Source of the DNA: Tubulanus polymorphus
Lineage: Eukaryota > Animalia > Nemertea
Length of the DNA: 64,000 bases
Assembly: GCF_964204645.1 (NCBI RefSeq)
Contig: NC_134029.1
Span: 1,364,001 to 1,428,000 of the forward strand
Direction: 5' to 3'
A model generated the notes under the pieces. The model was not told the DNA's origin. It searched no databases and saw nothing but the letters and a program-made list of their open reading frames with translations. Positions 1 to 14,200 of the stretch are shown piece by piece. Numbering within the stretch: position 1 is the first letter of the stretch; each line of letters starts with the position of its first letter. Both the position numbers and the translations under genes were made by a program.

Positions 1-52
1 CGGCAGGATTCGAACCTGATGGCATCGTGTCTCAGCCACGGCATGAAACACC
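1..52 (-). repeat. Partial arm of the tRNA-like-TIR element (cut by the window edge)
   Basis: cggcaggattcgaacctgatggcatcg..ctcagccacggca is the reverse complement of the 34632-34734 arm. Another fragment lies at about 3653-3692. Confidence 0.7.
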
Positions 53-328
53 GTATCAAAAGCGTTGAACTATAATAGAACTTATTTTGAATAACGAGTT
101 TTGGGACGCAGTTGAATATCGTCGATGTTATGTTGTTGTTGTTGTTGAGAATCTAAGAAGATATTTGAGAATGCGGTTTCTAATCGGCTTATTCCCCGCG
201 CACCTGCGAGGAGAACAAGTTCACATAATACTCTCATCGGAGGCTTAGAAAATAGTGAGAAAACCTCCTCGGGACAAAATCCAATTCCATTTTACTGCAG
301 ATATCTCGTTTCAAACCTTTTGTTTTTG

Positions 329-374
329 TTCCTCTGATGATGGGGCTTAGTTAGAGCCTCGAAACTGTCAAGAA
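329..374 (+). ncRNA. Minimal hammerhead ribozyme, second family
   Basis: UUCCU-CUGAUGA-U-GGGGCU(UAGUUAG)AGCCUC-GAAA-CUG-UC-AAGAA: canonical core, 6-bp stem II, GUC triplet, one mismatch in stem I. Confidence 0.75.
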
Positions 375-3300
375 AATATACTGTTTTACAGATCTAACTG
401 TGGGTTTTTATTTGTTAACTCTACACTGAGATAGATATCAGTTAATTGCAGTCTCATAGTGTCCATGTTGTGGCGATAATATCAATTAAAAATTCCATTT
501 TCGGACTGAAAAAAAATATTAAGTCCGATTAAATGTTTCCTCCATGTATTGTTTATTCGAAGTTATTCGACTATGTTCTGGTAGTCAGTCGACTTCAATA
601 GACTACTGAATCCCGAGCTTCACTATTCCTGACGATGACTATGTATTATACCTAAATGACCTCACAAATATTCGATGAAATCGGATTTTTGTGGATAAAT
701 AAGTCCATTTTACCGCTGATGGAGTTTGTTGGATTAAGGCTTTTAGGCTTGAGATATTTGTCACACTGGTGGACCGCTGTCCCGATCCTAATGGAACTGG
801 TAAATAAATTGGTATGCATTGGTTGTCCATACAGTTGTCAGGCGCATACATCAGAAAATCGGCGACCTAAAGTGTGTTTATGGTTTCTATTCGGTGAAAA
901 GATGCGATTCACAATCTTTCGTCGACTCGTAATTTGATACAGATGATTGAGCAGCAGTGTGTTCCTCGATCACAGCACAGAACACGGATTACACGTCGTG
1001 CACGAATAGATGCGGTCATCGGGGGAGCGAGATTTATTTACAAATTATTTCAGGATCTCAAGATGTTTCTCTCCATTTCGTTATACTTAAGACAGGAACT
1101 GGGGTCTTCATCTGACTCGCCCCATTAGCTCAGTCGTGACTTGAATCCAAACGCGGCGGTCATAAATCCTAAGACCGGTCTTAACCTGATAGATTGGTTA
1201 TAGAACTAAGTTGGTTTGAGAATGATGCAACCGTATTCGGGCTATTACCGATAGCAAATAAGGACCGACCCAATTTTGGGTTTGAATGGTATCTATCTAT
1301 TGAGATTATCGACGCATGTTTGTAACGACGACGTTTAGACTCCGTACCTGATTCCGCGTCGCTCTGACGAAATATGCAGTGATTTACGGCAATCACTGAA
1401 GCACTTGTGTACAATTTTCAGCAGATTAACGTCGGTTGTAAAGATCAGTTAGGTCACACAGTGATTCCTTGCTTTATGACGCTGAACGTAGTTACATTCT
1501 CTGAATACTGATGACAAGTAGCCGATAGCGAGTTAGAGTTTAGCTTTAATGAGTTGTTTATCGTTGTACTTGAAGAGTTTGAGCGCGTCATGAACTCATC
1601 ATAGTTCTAAGCTATACACCGGTATAAGCGCGAGAATATTCGAGATCTGACGAAATGATTCGATCAGAATTAGACTTTCTAGATATTCCATTGGAGATCG
1701 AAGGAATTGAATAACTAGCATCAAACATAGAATTTATAATAGAAAACAAGCAAAATGTATTATTCACAAATTAGAAATGGAGGATACGACGTTTCGAACA
1801 GGTTTGAACATGGTGTATACAAATTTGTATAAATGGCTTTTTATCATAGAACATTCTGTAATTTTCCTCAAAATCAAGAATATTGTTTGAAACTGCGGAC
1901 GTTTTACTGGATTTCAGAAATCATGGTAACCGTCAGATAAGAATATACAGCGAGTCTGAAGGAATTCAAATCTAGAGTCACAAAACGTTTCTAAAAGTTT
2001 CTTCGGGAATATGAGCTCAGACTAACACGAGTAATATCATCAGGAAGGTGTTTAACTATAGTGTTTACCTTCAAGTTCTCGTTACAACAATATTCACTCC
2101 CTCAGCTGATTTAACGATGCTGCTAATTACTAAAACTTAGCGGTAAATTGTTAACACATTCGCAACTGAGAGAGAGAGTTAACTGTTACAAGCACCACCA
2201 GTACCTAGGTGTTAGGTAACCGTAAAACACGGTAAGAGAATAGACACCCAGGCGTTAATTAGAAATATCGACGGGTTCTCGAGATTTCCTTCTCACAAAA
2301 ATGCGTGGCACGAGCTAACATAGAATAATATAGCTGTTAGATTCCATGAAGGTGACAGTGAGTTACGCAGTGATAATATACAATCGCACAACCAGATTAA
2401 AAAGAGTCTCATTTGCTATATAGCTCTTTTCAAGTAATTGTTTCCTTGTGCAATAATAACCCAGCAATGAAACCAATCGAAGTAGCAAAACTTTCGCAAA
2501 AAATGTTAAATGAACATCATATTTCTTCATATCTTATTCGTCTAAACCATCTATGAACTTTCTATGCTAATTTTTCACATAATCCTCAATGGAAATACAT
2601 GTGCGTAACAAAATGTGCTTCATAGGCTGAACTTCAGTCGATCGGTTAAAGGACTAATATTTCATTATAAGAATCTCATATGACTTTGTGAACGTTTGGT
2701 TCAGTTTCAAAATTCTCGGTAAAGATTTGATTTTAAAACACTGGAAATGGACAGATTTCAACTGTAACTGATGAAGATAAAACTGAGCCCAGAACAATAA
2801 ACCGATAGTCTGTCTACTGAACGCTTAGTTATAACTCGTATTCAGCTGAAATCGCGTGCTGTTATTGTTCATACCGCTATGTAATAATAGAATGTAAAAT
2901 TTTTATATCTGTTTTAATATTCGGCGTCTCTGCTTGGCGGGGAATATTTGTTTTGTACGAGAAAAATATCCTCATCATCAGCATCATCGTCATCGACACG
3001 GCTCGGATGTTATCATCGTCCATCGTAATATTCCGCGTTTTCTACCGTGGAGATGATGGTATATGGTATATTATACAGGGGCATATTAGTGAGGAATTCC
3101 AATAAAATCTTCAAAGGAATTCTGCCATCTGATACGTTTCCCATCGCCTGAATAGCGTACCGGAGCTAGGCAAACGATAGTTGTTTCTACTTTACGTGGA
3201 GACATCGTCTGCGGATCGAATTGCGCTGAGAGTTTTATATACGGGGTACACGACGACATTCCGATATTTCATACCGTTTTCAGCAATTCTGATGAAAATT

Positions 3301-4238
3301 CTATCGATATATAATTCATTGTATCGGATATATAAAATATACTAAGGGAAAAACATGATTTTAGGAATTAAGTTTTTAATACGCATAGATTGTTTTAATA
3401 AAACCGCGGAGAAACATTTAGAAGGCTCGTGATGTATAACTGGATATCTATTAGTAACCATTGAATTACTCCAACATCTATTCAACTAGAATGTTCAAAA
3501 CATTGCGTATGTTTTCAAAAGGTGTTCAGTCGAACCAAATCCCAATTCTGTGACTCAGTGACAATTAGGCTTCGATCCTGACTAATATACACCGGACCCG
3601 CGACTCAGACGATTATTCACGAACTTTGTCCATATTTTAAGGTCAAGTCCAACCATTCTCTCTCGTCACGGATTCGAACCCGATAGCATCGAGATTCTGA
3701 AATCACTTCAATTCATTTATTAGTTTTTTCTTGTTCATTAAGTTTTGCATCTGCCAATATATATGATATAATACAATTTGTGCACCACGTTGTTTGCTAT
3801 GTGGGTAGGCGTTGTACAAGTGTTTAACATGAATGATGAACATGTCCCGAACATTGCTGAGGATCCGCTGGGAATTGCTAAATCAATTTGTTCAGCCACA
3901 AAACCAGCTCATTAGCTTCGTCACATACGTAGAATATACACAATCATCATCCGCTACTAACATCTGTATTGACTTATTTTTCTCTAAGTTCCCAACGCGC
4001 GAGATGAGAAAAAAACCTACAGCAACAATCGATCAATACCACCAATTATAATCATATACTGCGTGGAAATTTTGTTATCTTCCTATCAGAATAATGGGAT
4101 AATTTTTTTCTTATCAAATGAAAAATAAAAATTGTTTGATATTGATGAGACACGCAGACCGTGTTATAACGATGATATAAAACGGAATTTCACAATAAGA
4201 ATAAATATACCGACGATGTTTCCTTGAGTTATTTTATA

Positions 4239-4284
4239 TATTCATGAAGATCACTATTAGGATATAGTCGAAACGTTAAATAAA
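4239..4284 (+). ncRNA. Degenerate hammerhead motif in a Penelope-like fragment (about 4215-4340)
   Basis: tattc-ATGAAGA-t-cactattaggatatagtc-GAAACGTT-aaataaa; same family as 15397-15442, but with C3A and a broken stem-II closing pair. Confidence 0.6.
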
Positions 4285-6111
4285 CTACTAGTTCAAGGAA
4301 ACATTTTAGACATAAGTTGTTCATTCATAGTGTGGGATCTTATCAAATTGTATACCCAAATCTTTTACAATTTCTTATGTTGATTTCATTTCCATTTTTC
4401 CAACATTGGACAATAACAAGAAATTGAGCTCTACGCAGTTCGATTAAAACGAATCATCAAATATTGAAATTATCTAAATTTCGATTAAAATGTATTAGTT
4501 TCGTTTCGTTTAGTTTATTTATGCATCATAATCAAATTCCGTGAATGTCTATGAACAAAAAATCAGCAGAAAAACAGTAAAAACATATTTGATACCCGAA
4601 TTGACAATGTGATTGGGCTGCGCAATACTTTTTCGATTTTTATCATTGATGCTTTCAGTTTGTGATGCTACCAGAAACATATTGACATGACATCAGATTT
4701 ACGTTCGACATCAAAAGGAAACCGGGATCAAGTGTGTGACTAGTTGAACTCAATCCCGATGTGGTTAGAATTTATTTGCTGGCAATACAGCCATAAAGTA
4801 GTCACAGTTTTCTGAGCTCATCCATCATAGCTGTTGAAAGTCGTAAATGATCATAAATGAGGCGAACTATCAACGATATCCCAGGAGAGACTGCGCTTAT
4901 AAGATGAAACCATCTATTCTATACTAGACATTCTACTGAAAATAAGAAAAACCCTCGACGTGGATAAGAATTAACAGTTTGTCGACGATCACTAGACTCT
5001 GGGATACTGAGACAAGGAGTATTTCAATCAAGGCAAAGCTGGCTATTACATTCAACTTCATGAAAAATCAAGAAATGAACATTTTCTAAAAACCTACTTA
5101 GCCTAAACTAACCAAACCAAACCTAAGATTCTATTTGTATGTGTTTATGTGTGTGGTGCGCACGAGGCTCGATTTCTAAGTGAATCATATAAGAAAAGGT
5201 GATTGCCTTCTTTAGATAACTCTCAAGATCTTCTGGTACTTTGTAGTAACATGATCATGATGTTCATTTTACTGTCAAATGATCTATTTTTAGGTCTGCA
5301 ATTTTCTTGTATTGAACCCTTGTATCTATCGGCTCTGTGCAAATTTCTTTTGTTGAGCAATAAGCTTTTGAATTGAATCTCGGACCTCCGGTCGCTGACC
5401 TATTCGGCCACGGGTCGGGCGATTATTCGGTATTCACAACTCATATAGGCAACCATTATACCGTGACGTCACCGTGACGTAATGTTCAATTCGGGGATTG
5501 TTCCGAACAATACATTGCGCACGGCCATGACACTAGGATCGTATAGCGACGGAGATCTCTGTGGAGACAACCACACTGCCGGGACTGGGTGAACCATAAA
5601 ATAGGTTTTACCGCGGTGATGTGGTCCAAATCATTGTTCGCGTGTAACAAACATTTTGAAAACCTTACATTTCACTTCGTAAAACATACTCTTACACCTA
5701 AACCTAGCCCTCAATTTCAGAATCTCGATGATGCATTGAATTCTATTCTTCTCTATATCCTCCATTATACGGCCACACGATACACATGAAAACCATTAGC
5801 ATCACGCAAATATCAGATCCATCTTCTATTATCAGTAATATTCATTCCACACAATAAAATCAAGCCTTTGTTGATGGCTAATCGACTGATCCGGTAAATA
5901 TCTTCAATTCGCGTCGAAGCATCGAAACATTCTTTATATGAGAGTTACGCGATTACGTGTAATAATGCTATTGTCTAATTGGGGAATTATTACTCAGTGA
6001 TTGAATCAAGCTGATATCAGTATGGAAGCTAATAATGCACCTGAACATCGATTATAGACAAAAAACTGAGTGTTCGCCTAAACGAAGCCGCCCGATGTGT
6101 CTAGTGTAGAA

Positions 6112-6177
6112 GTCCGCAGGTGTCCGGTATAGAAGAAGTTGTCCGCAGGTGTCCGGTATTTTAAAAGTTGTCCGCAG
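6112..6177. repeat. 29-bp tandem repeat (gtccgcaggtgtccggtat...)
   Basis: gtccgcag at 6112, 6141 and 6170; possibly subterminal repeats of a DNA transposon. Confidence 0.8.
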
Positions 6178-8172
6178 TTGACTGATAAAATTTGGGCTTC
6201 CGGGAGTAAAAACATAAACATGTAGGATTCTTAGTATTGGCTATTTAGAACATACGAAGAAATAAGATTTTAAGACCCGCTAAAAACTATATGGAAAACA
6301 AACTGGATGCGAAGCGTCTTTCGAGCGGATGCATTTTTTCGAAGTGTCATTTGTTATGTGTGGTTTGCGGAACTAATTCTCAGGTTGGGTCCCATGGCGT
6401 CTAAACTGTAGCGCGTGATCCGCAGTCACATACAATTCAGCCTGAAGCCAAGAAGCTCATTTCGTGGTTTATTTGCTGTGAATACAATCACTAATGAGAC
6501 CGAAGCCCGTTGGTAATAACGGCGCCGGTGTGTACGTGTTCAACTCGTAAAGTCGTTTGGCGTGTGAGTCAGTGATCATAATGTTTGATTACTCCGGTGT
6601 TTATTGAGTTATATTAAACGCATATTATTTTCATCATCGTTATTAGTAAATTAGCACCGATAATAACGAGCTTTTCGATGTTCACCTGTTGGGATAATTG
6701 TTATTTTCCTAATAAAGAAATACTCGGTAGCAGTCCGTTGAACCACGGACTCAGAGTCTATGGTATAACAATATCTGAGTATAATCTAAAGGATGTTGCT
6801 CTTTTAGTTAGGTTATCAAAACTTCTAGACCTCTCAACAATAATAGCGAAACTACCATTGACGAATAGAGTTAATGGAAATATAACGTTTTTTGACAACC
6901 ATCATCAGTTTTCCAATAACTTTTAACTCTAAACAAGTTTTGAATCTGATGACGTCAATAGCTTCGGCTTCGATTCGAGCCCTGGAGAGCGAGGATGCCT
7001 TTCTTCTTAAAGGTAAAGGTCGTCGCCCAAATGAAACCCGATGATTTCAAAAGGTCATCGCTGAATAAGAGTCTTTAGGTACGGAACATTAACTAATCTA
7101 AATACAGCATTATGACGGACAAAGAGAAGACGCTTTAAGATGCGCAGATGAACAGGAAATTAATCAACTCTGTCTCTTTATTGTTTAAGTTCTCGAGAAA
7201 AGAAGAACTAATGAGATAAAAAGCGCTAGTTACCAGGGAGGCTACTGTATCAATAGTTCCCCGCCGGTTGTATACAACACGCAGACTTAGTTTTCCTTAT
7301 AAGATGATTATCTAGAAGAAAGTAAATACTAGGACGTAAATGAAAATATTTCTAAATACGTCCGAAGGGTGGAATGGATGCTAGATGTTTGGAAGAGGGT
7401 GCGCACAAGTTTGAGCAATAACCTATTTAAACGTAACGGTTTCTAGAACCCTTAAGTATAAAAAGGATATGAAAGATATGTATTCAAATAATTGTTAAGG
7501 AATAAGTTGCTCGTTCCAGACTCTTAAAATGATCTTATTCTGCTTTTGAGAAAAACCCTAACTTATGTAGCAGGACCCATTTCGACAGTCGCCAGTCAAA
7601 GTGGTCTTAAATTGTTAGATCGACTATAGAACCAAGATGCACTTACGTCAGTGCATAGGTCTTGAATGGTTATATCGGCTTTATAACTAGAATGAACTTA
7701 AACTTGTCTTACGTAAGTTGTTTTGATTGCCTTTAGAACTGAAATCAGCTAAGATTGATTTTAAGTTAGATCTCGGTTATAGAACCAGAAATGACTAGTG
7801 TTGAATGTAAGTCATGACTGCGCGACTGGCTCCAGGGATTTGCGACTCAGTTCACGTTGAATGAAGCTATAGAGAAACATGTTGTCAGTGTCTTATCATT
7901 CATCCTGTGTCTATTAATCCACCGCGAGCAAATCATCTACAAAGTGAAATTTAATAACGCGTTTTCGCTTTGTGAAAATAATAGCGATGTCATTTGGGAG
8001 AAAGTAGCTCATATGAATATTCAATGCATCAAACAGATTTAGCTCTTCTCAGATTATCCGATATATCTCGATTTCACCACCATTGATAGTTTTCATTCTG
8101 ATGAAAATGCGTTAAGAAGTTAATTTCGTGTTGCAAGAAGGGTACGACGTATATATATATATATATATATAT

Positions 8173-8252
8173 AGTCGAGAGGCGTATTGACCACTGGTCC
8201 CGTCAAACCTGGCTTCACGGGTTCGAATCCTGGTGCCGACAGTGTTTTTTTT
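8173..8252 (+). pseudogene. 5'-truncated tRNA-derived sequence (tRNA pseudogene or SINE head)
   Basis: gtcgagagg (partial A-box), B-box GGTTCGAATCC at 8220-8230, then tgccgaca and a T8 run. (TA)n lies where the 5' end would be, and no full cloverleaf can be folded. Confidence 0.5.
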
Positions 8253-9924
8253 GTCGGAGGACCATCTCTGGTCTCTTTATTCCCCTAATTTGGGAAAAAG
8301 AAGCATGGAACCAGCTAATAATGCGCTGAAAGGCGCTCAGTCGGTCTAGAATTTAAAAAGTACGATGCATCTGTCGGGGTCCTGGCTTTTTCCAACTGCG
8401 GGAATCGCGTATCACATCAACACGAGGAGGATAAGAAATCTCTGCAGCTCCAGAGACAACAAATAAAGAGCAAAATAATCAATAAAACCGGATAAACTGG
8501 TGTCTATTTGTCATAATACTTGTCACTGACGTTTTATTCTTGTTATTTAGTCAACCCTTCCCTCGACTGACTAGCTGCTGCTGTAACTTCTCCCCGGAGA
8601 TATCAACCACGTCAGTATTCTCTTTCACTGGATGACGATGTTATGAAAAATTACTATCGGATGTTCTGTGACAATGACAGACGCGCTGGAATTCGAGAAT
8701 TACCATCATAGGTCATAATACTGCTAACATGAATATACCCTGTTTACAAGTATATAATCATACCGTCTATTACCATTTATTATTGTTAATTCGAAAGCGA
8801 TTTGTTTATAGAAATTTGATACGTTTCTGAGAGAATAGAAAACCAGCTGAATTAATTCAGAAAATAAATTCTCCATTCTAATGTGCCAACTATCCGCCCC
8901 GTTCTGAGGAACCTACTGAAACTTATGAAAAATATACAATCTAGAAACGATTTCCTCGGCTTCTTTTGGAAAATGATTAGTTTCAAAACAAAAATTTATC
9001 TAAAAATGATGCCTGGATTGACCCCAGCAGATGACCGTCATTTGACGACATGCATATGGGAACAATCTGCGTGATGACATTCTAAGGAACGATCAGCTTT
9101 CACGAGACACTGATTGAATTGAATGGAAACAATGATTTTCAATATGAATCGATGAAGCTACGAGCAGTTCCGCGTGGCTGCTGATGTTCTCTTACTTACA
9201 CGGTATCAGTTGGTAAGAATCTCACGAATTATTGATATTGAATTTGATACAGTTCGTTTAACGTTCGTTTACAGAATCCGCGAACTGTTCGTATAGAGAT
9301 CGAACACGACCGGTGTCTATCCGAAATCTCATTAAGAGAGGACCGGGGCCATTTCACTGTGATATCACAAAACTGATGTCAGGTGTTTAATCATTGCTTC
9401 TACGAGTAATTCTATGAAGCTTGATTCACGTGATATTTAACTAATGGTTCTCGGTCCTCCTGTTTGTTTGCCTGATGCCGATCGTATGTGTTTGAAACAA
9501 GATAACTCAGAATGAACTAAATTTCAAATCAGGAAATCCGGAGACGTTGAAGATTAAAGAAGTTGCTCCGAGATGATAATTCAGTTTCGCGTCGAATTGA
9601 AACAGAACGAAGGCAAGGTTTAATCGTATCAACGCTTATCTTTCCGGGGAATGTTAAACTGAATTTATCGTAGCGATAGCGAGCATTGGAGGATCTTCTT
9701 CCTTTTATATAGAAATCGGTGAAGATTCTCAGTACCGCGAGACACATCGCAATTAACGACGATTTATGACTCGTAAATCGCATAAAACGTCGCTACTGAC
9801 GTTACTTTATCACCCTTTACACTAAAACATCTCTCAAATTCCGACTCGAGAATCATTCTCCGAAATAGTCAACATTTAATTTGCGACATTAAAACGAAGC
9901 GAATCGCGGAAACTACGACTACAG

Positions 9925-10189
9925 GACCCAGTTATACAGCCACGGCTTGGGACCAGTCGAAAACCAAGTTCTACAGCCAATCTAACAGCTCAAAATCAGC
10001 CTTAAGATTACGATCACTTTTTGACTTAAATGTTAACTAAGGGACCGGTTCCAGAGCCCAGTTGCACCGATGTGACTTAAGTCGAAAGGGGTCTTAGACC
10101 TTTAGATTACAGTCGTCGTTATAGAATGGCTGTAGACCAAGGATTACCAGTCTGGCATTTAATATAAAACATGACTGTGCAACTGGCCC
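9925..10189. mobile_element. Two Harbinger-type MITEs in opposite orientation sharing one CAG target
   Basis: CAG-[9925-10051]-CAG-[10055-10189]-CAC; both copies resemble the 28761 family. Confidence 0.6.
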
Positions 10190-10651
10190 CACGATATTAG
10201 GGACGTACGCGCTAAAGCACAAATACTCTCTCAAAAAACCTCATGAAAAAGAAGTTGATACCGTCGTCTGTGTTGTATAGAAAACTCTGAATAAACGTTA
10301 TTTATTATTTATTATAGCGAACAGATGAATATTGGCAAAGCAAGTTATTATCGTTTTGTCGAGGATAAACTAATGTCGATAGACAGCGAGAACAGAATCA
10401 AATCCTCACATCAATCTCAGATTGTTATTATTATTATATACCGGCTCCGGAACAGAAACTGCTCATCACGTATACAGTATGAGGGGCTGATAACCGATCA
10501 ACCCATAAATCTAACCATGAAAAGCGAACTGAACCCGATAGAACATAAAACGAACAATTGGTCCTTTCAATACGCGGAGATGTCGGACGGCAATCGAAAG
10601 CAGCAGTTTGTGTCGGTTCAATGTTGTTGTCGATGAAGTATTAAAGCTTAC

Positions 10652-10730
10652 CTTGGAAGGATATAACGAGTACAAATATAAAAGCGAATAAACCCGGGAC
10701 AGCTGCTGAGATTTCTGCCAATTGCTTCAT
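10652..10730 (-). CDS. Signal-peptide exon of a second, unidentified gene (exon 10744-10652); possibly another Cys-loop receptor subunit continuing beyond the left edge
   Basis: Acceptor ttatttatcgttacag|GTG, then ATG and MKQLAEISAAVPGLFAFIFVLVISFQ, then a strong phase-1 donor CAAG|GTAAGC. No downstream coding exon was recognised in 1-10650. Confidence 0.6.
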
Positions 10731-10909
10731 AATTTTTGTATCACCTGTAACGATAAATAAGATTCATTTATGACTGGGATAAACTGGGTGGAGAGGTGGA
10801 TATGTGTGGAGGAGTAGGGTGCAATCGGGGAGAGGAAGGCCGAAGGAAAGAGGTTGGGAAATGGGAGATATGGTTAACTTATCACCTCTCGTTCGGTCTT
10901 CCATTCTGA

Positions 10910-11243
10910 GAGGGGGAGAAGGTGATGAAAGCGGTGGTATAGAGAATGGGTAACAGGGAAGGGAAGAGTGGATGAGAGAGGAGAAGGTGATGAGAGAGGT
11001 GGTATAGAGAATGGGTAACAGGGAAGGGAAGAGTGGATGAGAGAGGAGAAGGTGATGAGAGCGGTGGTATAGAGAATGGCGAACAGGGAAGGGAAGAGTG
11101 GATGAGAGAGGAGAAGGTGATGAGAGCGGTGGTATAGAGAATGGGTAACAGGGAAGGGAAGAGTGGATGAGAGAGGAGAAGGTGATGAGAGAGATGGTAT
11201 AGAGAATGGGTAACAGGGAAGGGAAGAGTGGATGAGAGAGGAG
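10910..11243 (+). repeat. 65-bp purine-rich minisatellite, about 5 copies
   Basis: ggtgatga recurs at 10921, 10986, 11051, 11116 and 11181. It explains the three overlapping repetitive ORFs there. Confidence 0.95.
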
Positions 11244-14200
11244 AGGAGAGAGGTGGTAGAACTGGAGGAAGAGAGATACAATAGTTTCCCGAATGTTGAA
11301 TCCACTCACTGTTTAGTGTTATCATTAAAATGCATATTTCCCCCTTTATCTTGAATATGTAAACAATTCTTGAATATCGAGTGATTTGTTGAGCATCATC
11401 GGATACAAGTTTCCAACAGTTTCAATAGCAATATTGTTCAACAGGATCGTACACTACGTGTTAAAATCAATACGTATCATTTTTAAACGTTCTCTGAGAT
11501 ATGTATATAGCCGTTATTCATAAATCGTCGGCGATCGAAATCAAAGAGAAGACATTAAAAACTTGGCTGCGTTTCTGTAAAAGCAGTCGCGAAGCCGCTG
11601 CCTTCCGTATCTCGAAAGCAAGCTTGAGAAAGTTTGTCAAATCGATTTCTTCTGCTTTTACAATTCTAACATAACCACTTGTCAATATCGTGACATTTGG
11701 ATCAAGTTGGACGATGAACCGTTACGATTTTCTCTCTCTCCTTCGCTTGTTTCTAGCCGGTTTTATTGAGCGCAGTTGCGCAAGTATAAAACCGAATATT
11801 TGTAGCAGGAAATGCCGACCGTAGAATTTCTTTTCTGATTAAGATGGTTGAATATGAAAAGGTTTAGGTATAGCGTTCTGTTTAGATAGAACCAGTACCG
11901 TAACGCGTAACCGATACTGAAACATAGCTCCGTGATAACTACACACATAATCTGCGGGTTTCGCCGAATATTTCATATTCAACGAATCAGGCTCGTGACC
12001 TGGGTCCGTAACCTGGGACAATTTCTCGCGTGGTCTCAAAATGGCAAAGGTATAAGCCATGTACATACAATGGCTGGCTGTACTTAGAATAAAGGCACTG
12101 GACTGGAGCCTGTAGCAGTGGTGAGTGAAGCCTTTTTTAGTAGAACAGTGCTGCATATTATGAAAAATCACCCCTCACCACACGGGTATGTTTCTATTTT
12201 CCGAGGCCTGTATACGATCAGCTAACACTAATGATTCCAAGCTTGTCCATCAAATTATACCTTCATTTTCCACTTTAGAACGCATTATTTCAGCAGTGCT
12301 TAAAAATGATAACCATCACAGAAAAAACATATTCGGGAACTGGTCGCAGATTTGGAGCAATTTGAAGAATCGATGACAATAATCATCAGCCTGCAGTAGT
12401 AATCCCTACATCTTAATCCCTCAATCTAAATCCGATCATCGTTAAATCCTCTCGATTATCTTTACATCATCAAACTGGGGATTAAATCTCACCAGTCTCC
12501 AGTTCTAAACAGCTACATACAATATTCTATATCAGATATGGCTCTTTAAAGGTCAGATATGGTCAACTTTCTATAAAGTAAACTTTCTATGAGTAATGTT
12601 GGAATCCCTCAATATTTTCAGACCCAGTGAGATAAGTGCACATTATGTCATAAGAGTCCATACAAAGTGATTATCTGTATTCTAAACCGAAGAAAAATCG
12701 TCAATCATGTATTGGCCATCAATATGGCGTGGGTCACGTGAACAAAAACGCATGATAGCACGCCCTCTATATCCTGATCGGAGAAAAATATATGATCGCT
12801 GAATGTATAGTTTTATACGTAGGGAAAACTGGATGACGAACGGACGCCATGTTTATGAAACCGCGCGGCGACATGACGTGTTTGCTAATTGATCTAAATT
12901 TACTTAGCGCGCGCCAGTAGCCCCGGAGCTTGTCACTCTGAGCAGTCTGTACAATGTACACAAGTAATTAGCAACAGAATTAACCTTATCTTGACGTTAA
13001 ATCCGCGTAAGTATCTGAGGCTTGACTGAATATCCACTGATCGGTAGGATTGGAGTATGCCCTGAAATACGAGACCCCTTCGCGTCTTAGGCGTCAACTA
13101 CAGGAAGGTAGTTGACAAGGGTGCTAACGCTCCGTCGCCTGGAAAAGGATAATAGGGCAAGGGTTGTGAATGGACCCTTTTTGAAATCGAAATTCCGGCT
13201 TGCCTTATGCCCAACGACGTTTTTTGATCTTCTAACTAATTATCGGGGAAAGCTCGAACGGGCACCGAATCTTTATAGGTCTTCCAGGAGGACTGCAAAC
13301 GATATATTCTAGCGGATTGCTATAATTGGAAGTTCTGCCACACGTCCGATGATGCATCTACTTTCTCACGAAATATCAAGGGCGATAACGAAACTTTTGT
13401 AGTTTAAGTTAGGAAAAGACTTCTGGGGCGCCAAAGTTTTAGAATTTCTTGAGCTTCCCGCAGTGCTCGGCGTCCCACTGCTTACAGTTCCGACCTCCTT
13501 TGAAATATCTCAGTAACGGTCGCGCGTCTTACGAAAGCGTAGACAACAATTTCTAATTTAGTATTCGCGGGGAAGTCGCAAGTCATCAGAAATATTCTTC
13601 AAGTATTGTGGAACACAGAGACTCAATGTGTAATCTACAGATTCTCAGTATCAGTCGACCGATCGTCCCAAGAGTAAGCCGTATTATGTATTGAGATATA
13701 CACGCTGCCACAGGGCTGACCCGTACTGCTAAGTGGATATTTCTGTCCATGGAATTGTCTTAGTAGGTTTAATCCATAAAGCTACATTAAGTATCGCATA
13801 TCGCCGACGGGTTGTGTAGGAATGGAACGAGCGCGCGGTTCGAGATGCGTTTCACAGTTTATGTAGAGCGGTATAAACACGCAAAGAGAAAGTCGTATAA
13901 ACAATAAACCCGTGATATTAAACTAGACTCATAGAGGAAACAGATAACACGAGCATTCCTCTAGCAAAACCCGAGCTACGAGATTTAGTATAGAGAAACA
14001 TACAAGTCCTAATACCCGAGAATATTACATCGTTAATTACAAGTTATTATCTTTAAAGAAATTTCCGACAAACGAGAATCGAGCTACAAACACGAGATTC
14101 GCCGGAACATCACGTGTTCATGCGTCATAAACTTCAACAGTGGTTTTTGCCTTACATCATATTTCTAGTTCCTGCTAGATTTAAAACTTGCCATACATCT

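Noticed and set aside
5090-5126. (CCTAA)-like interstitial telomeric repeat
   Set aside because: Too short and degenerate to call, or to infer taxonomy from.
8173-8252. Functional tRNA gene
   Set aside because: The 5' acceptor strand is missing and no cloverleaf forms. Kept only as a tRNA-derived remnant.
10764-11325. Three overlapping ORFs of 143-181 aa
   Set aside because: They are translations of the 65-bp minisatellite.
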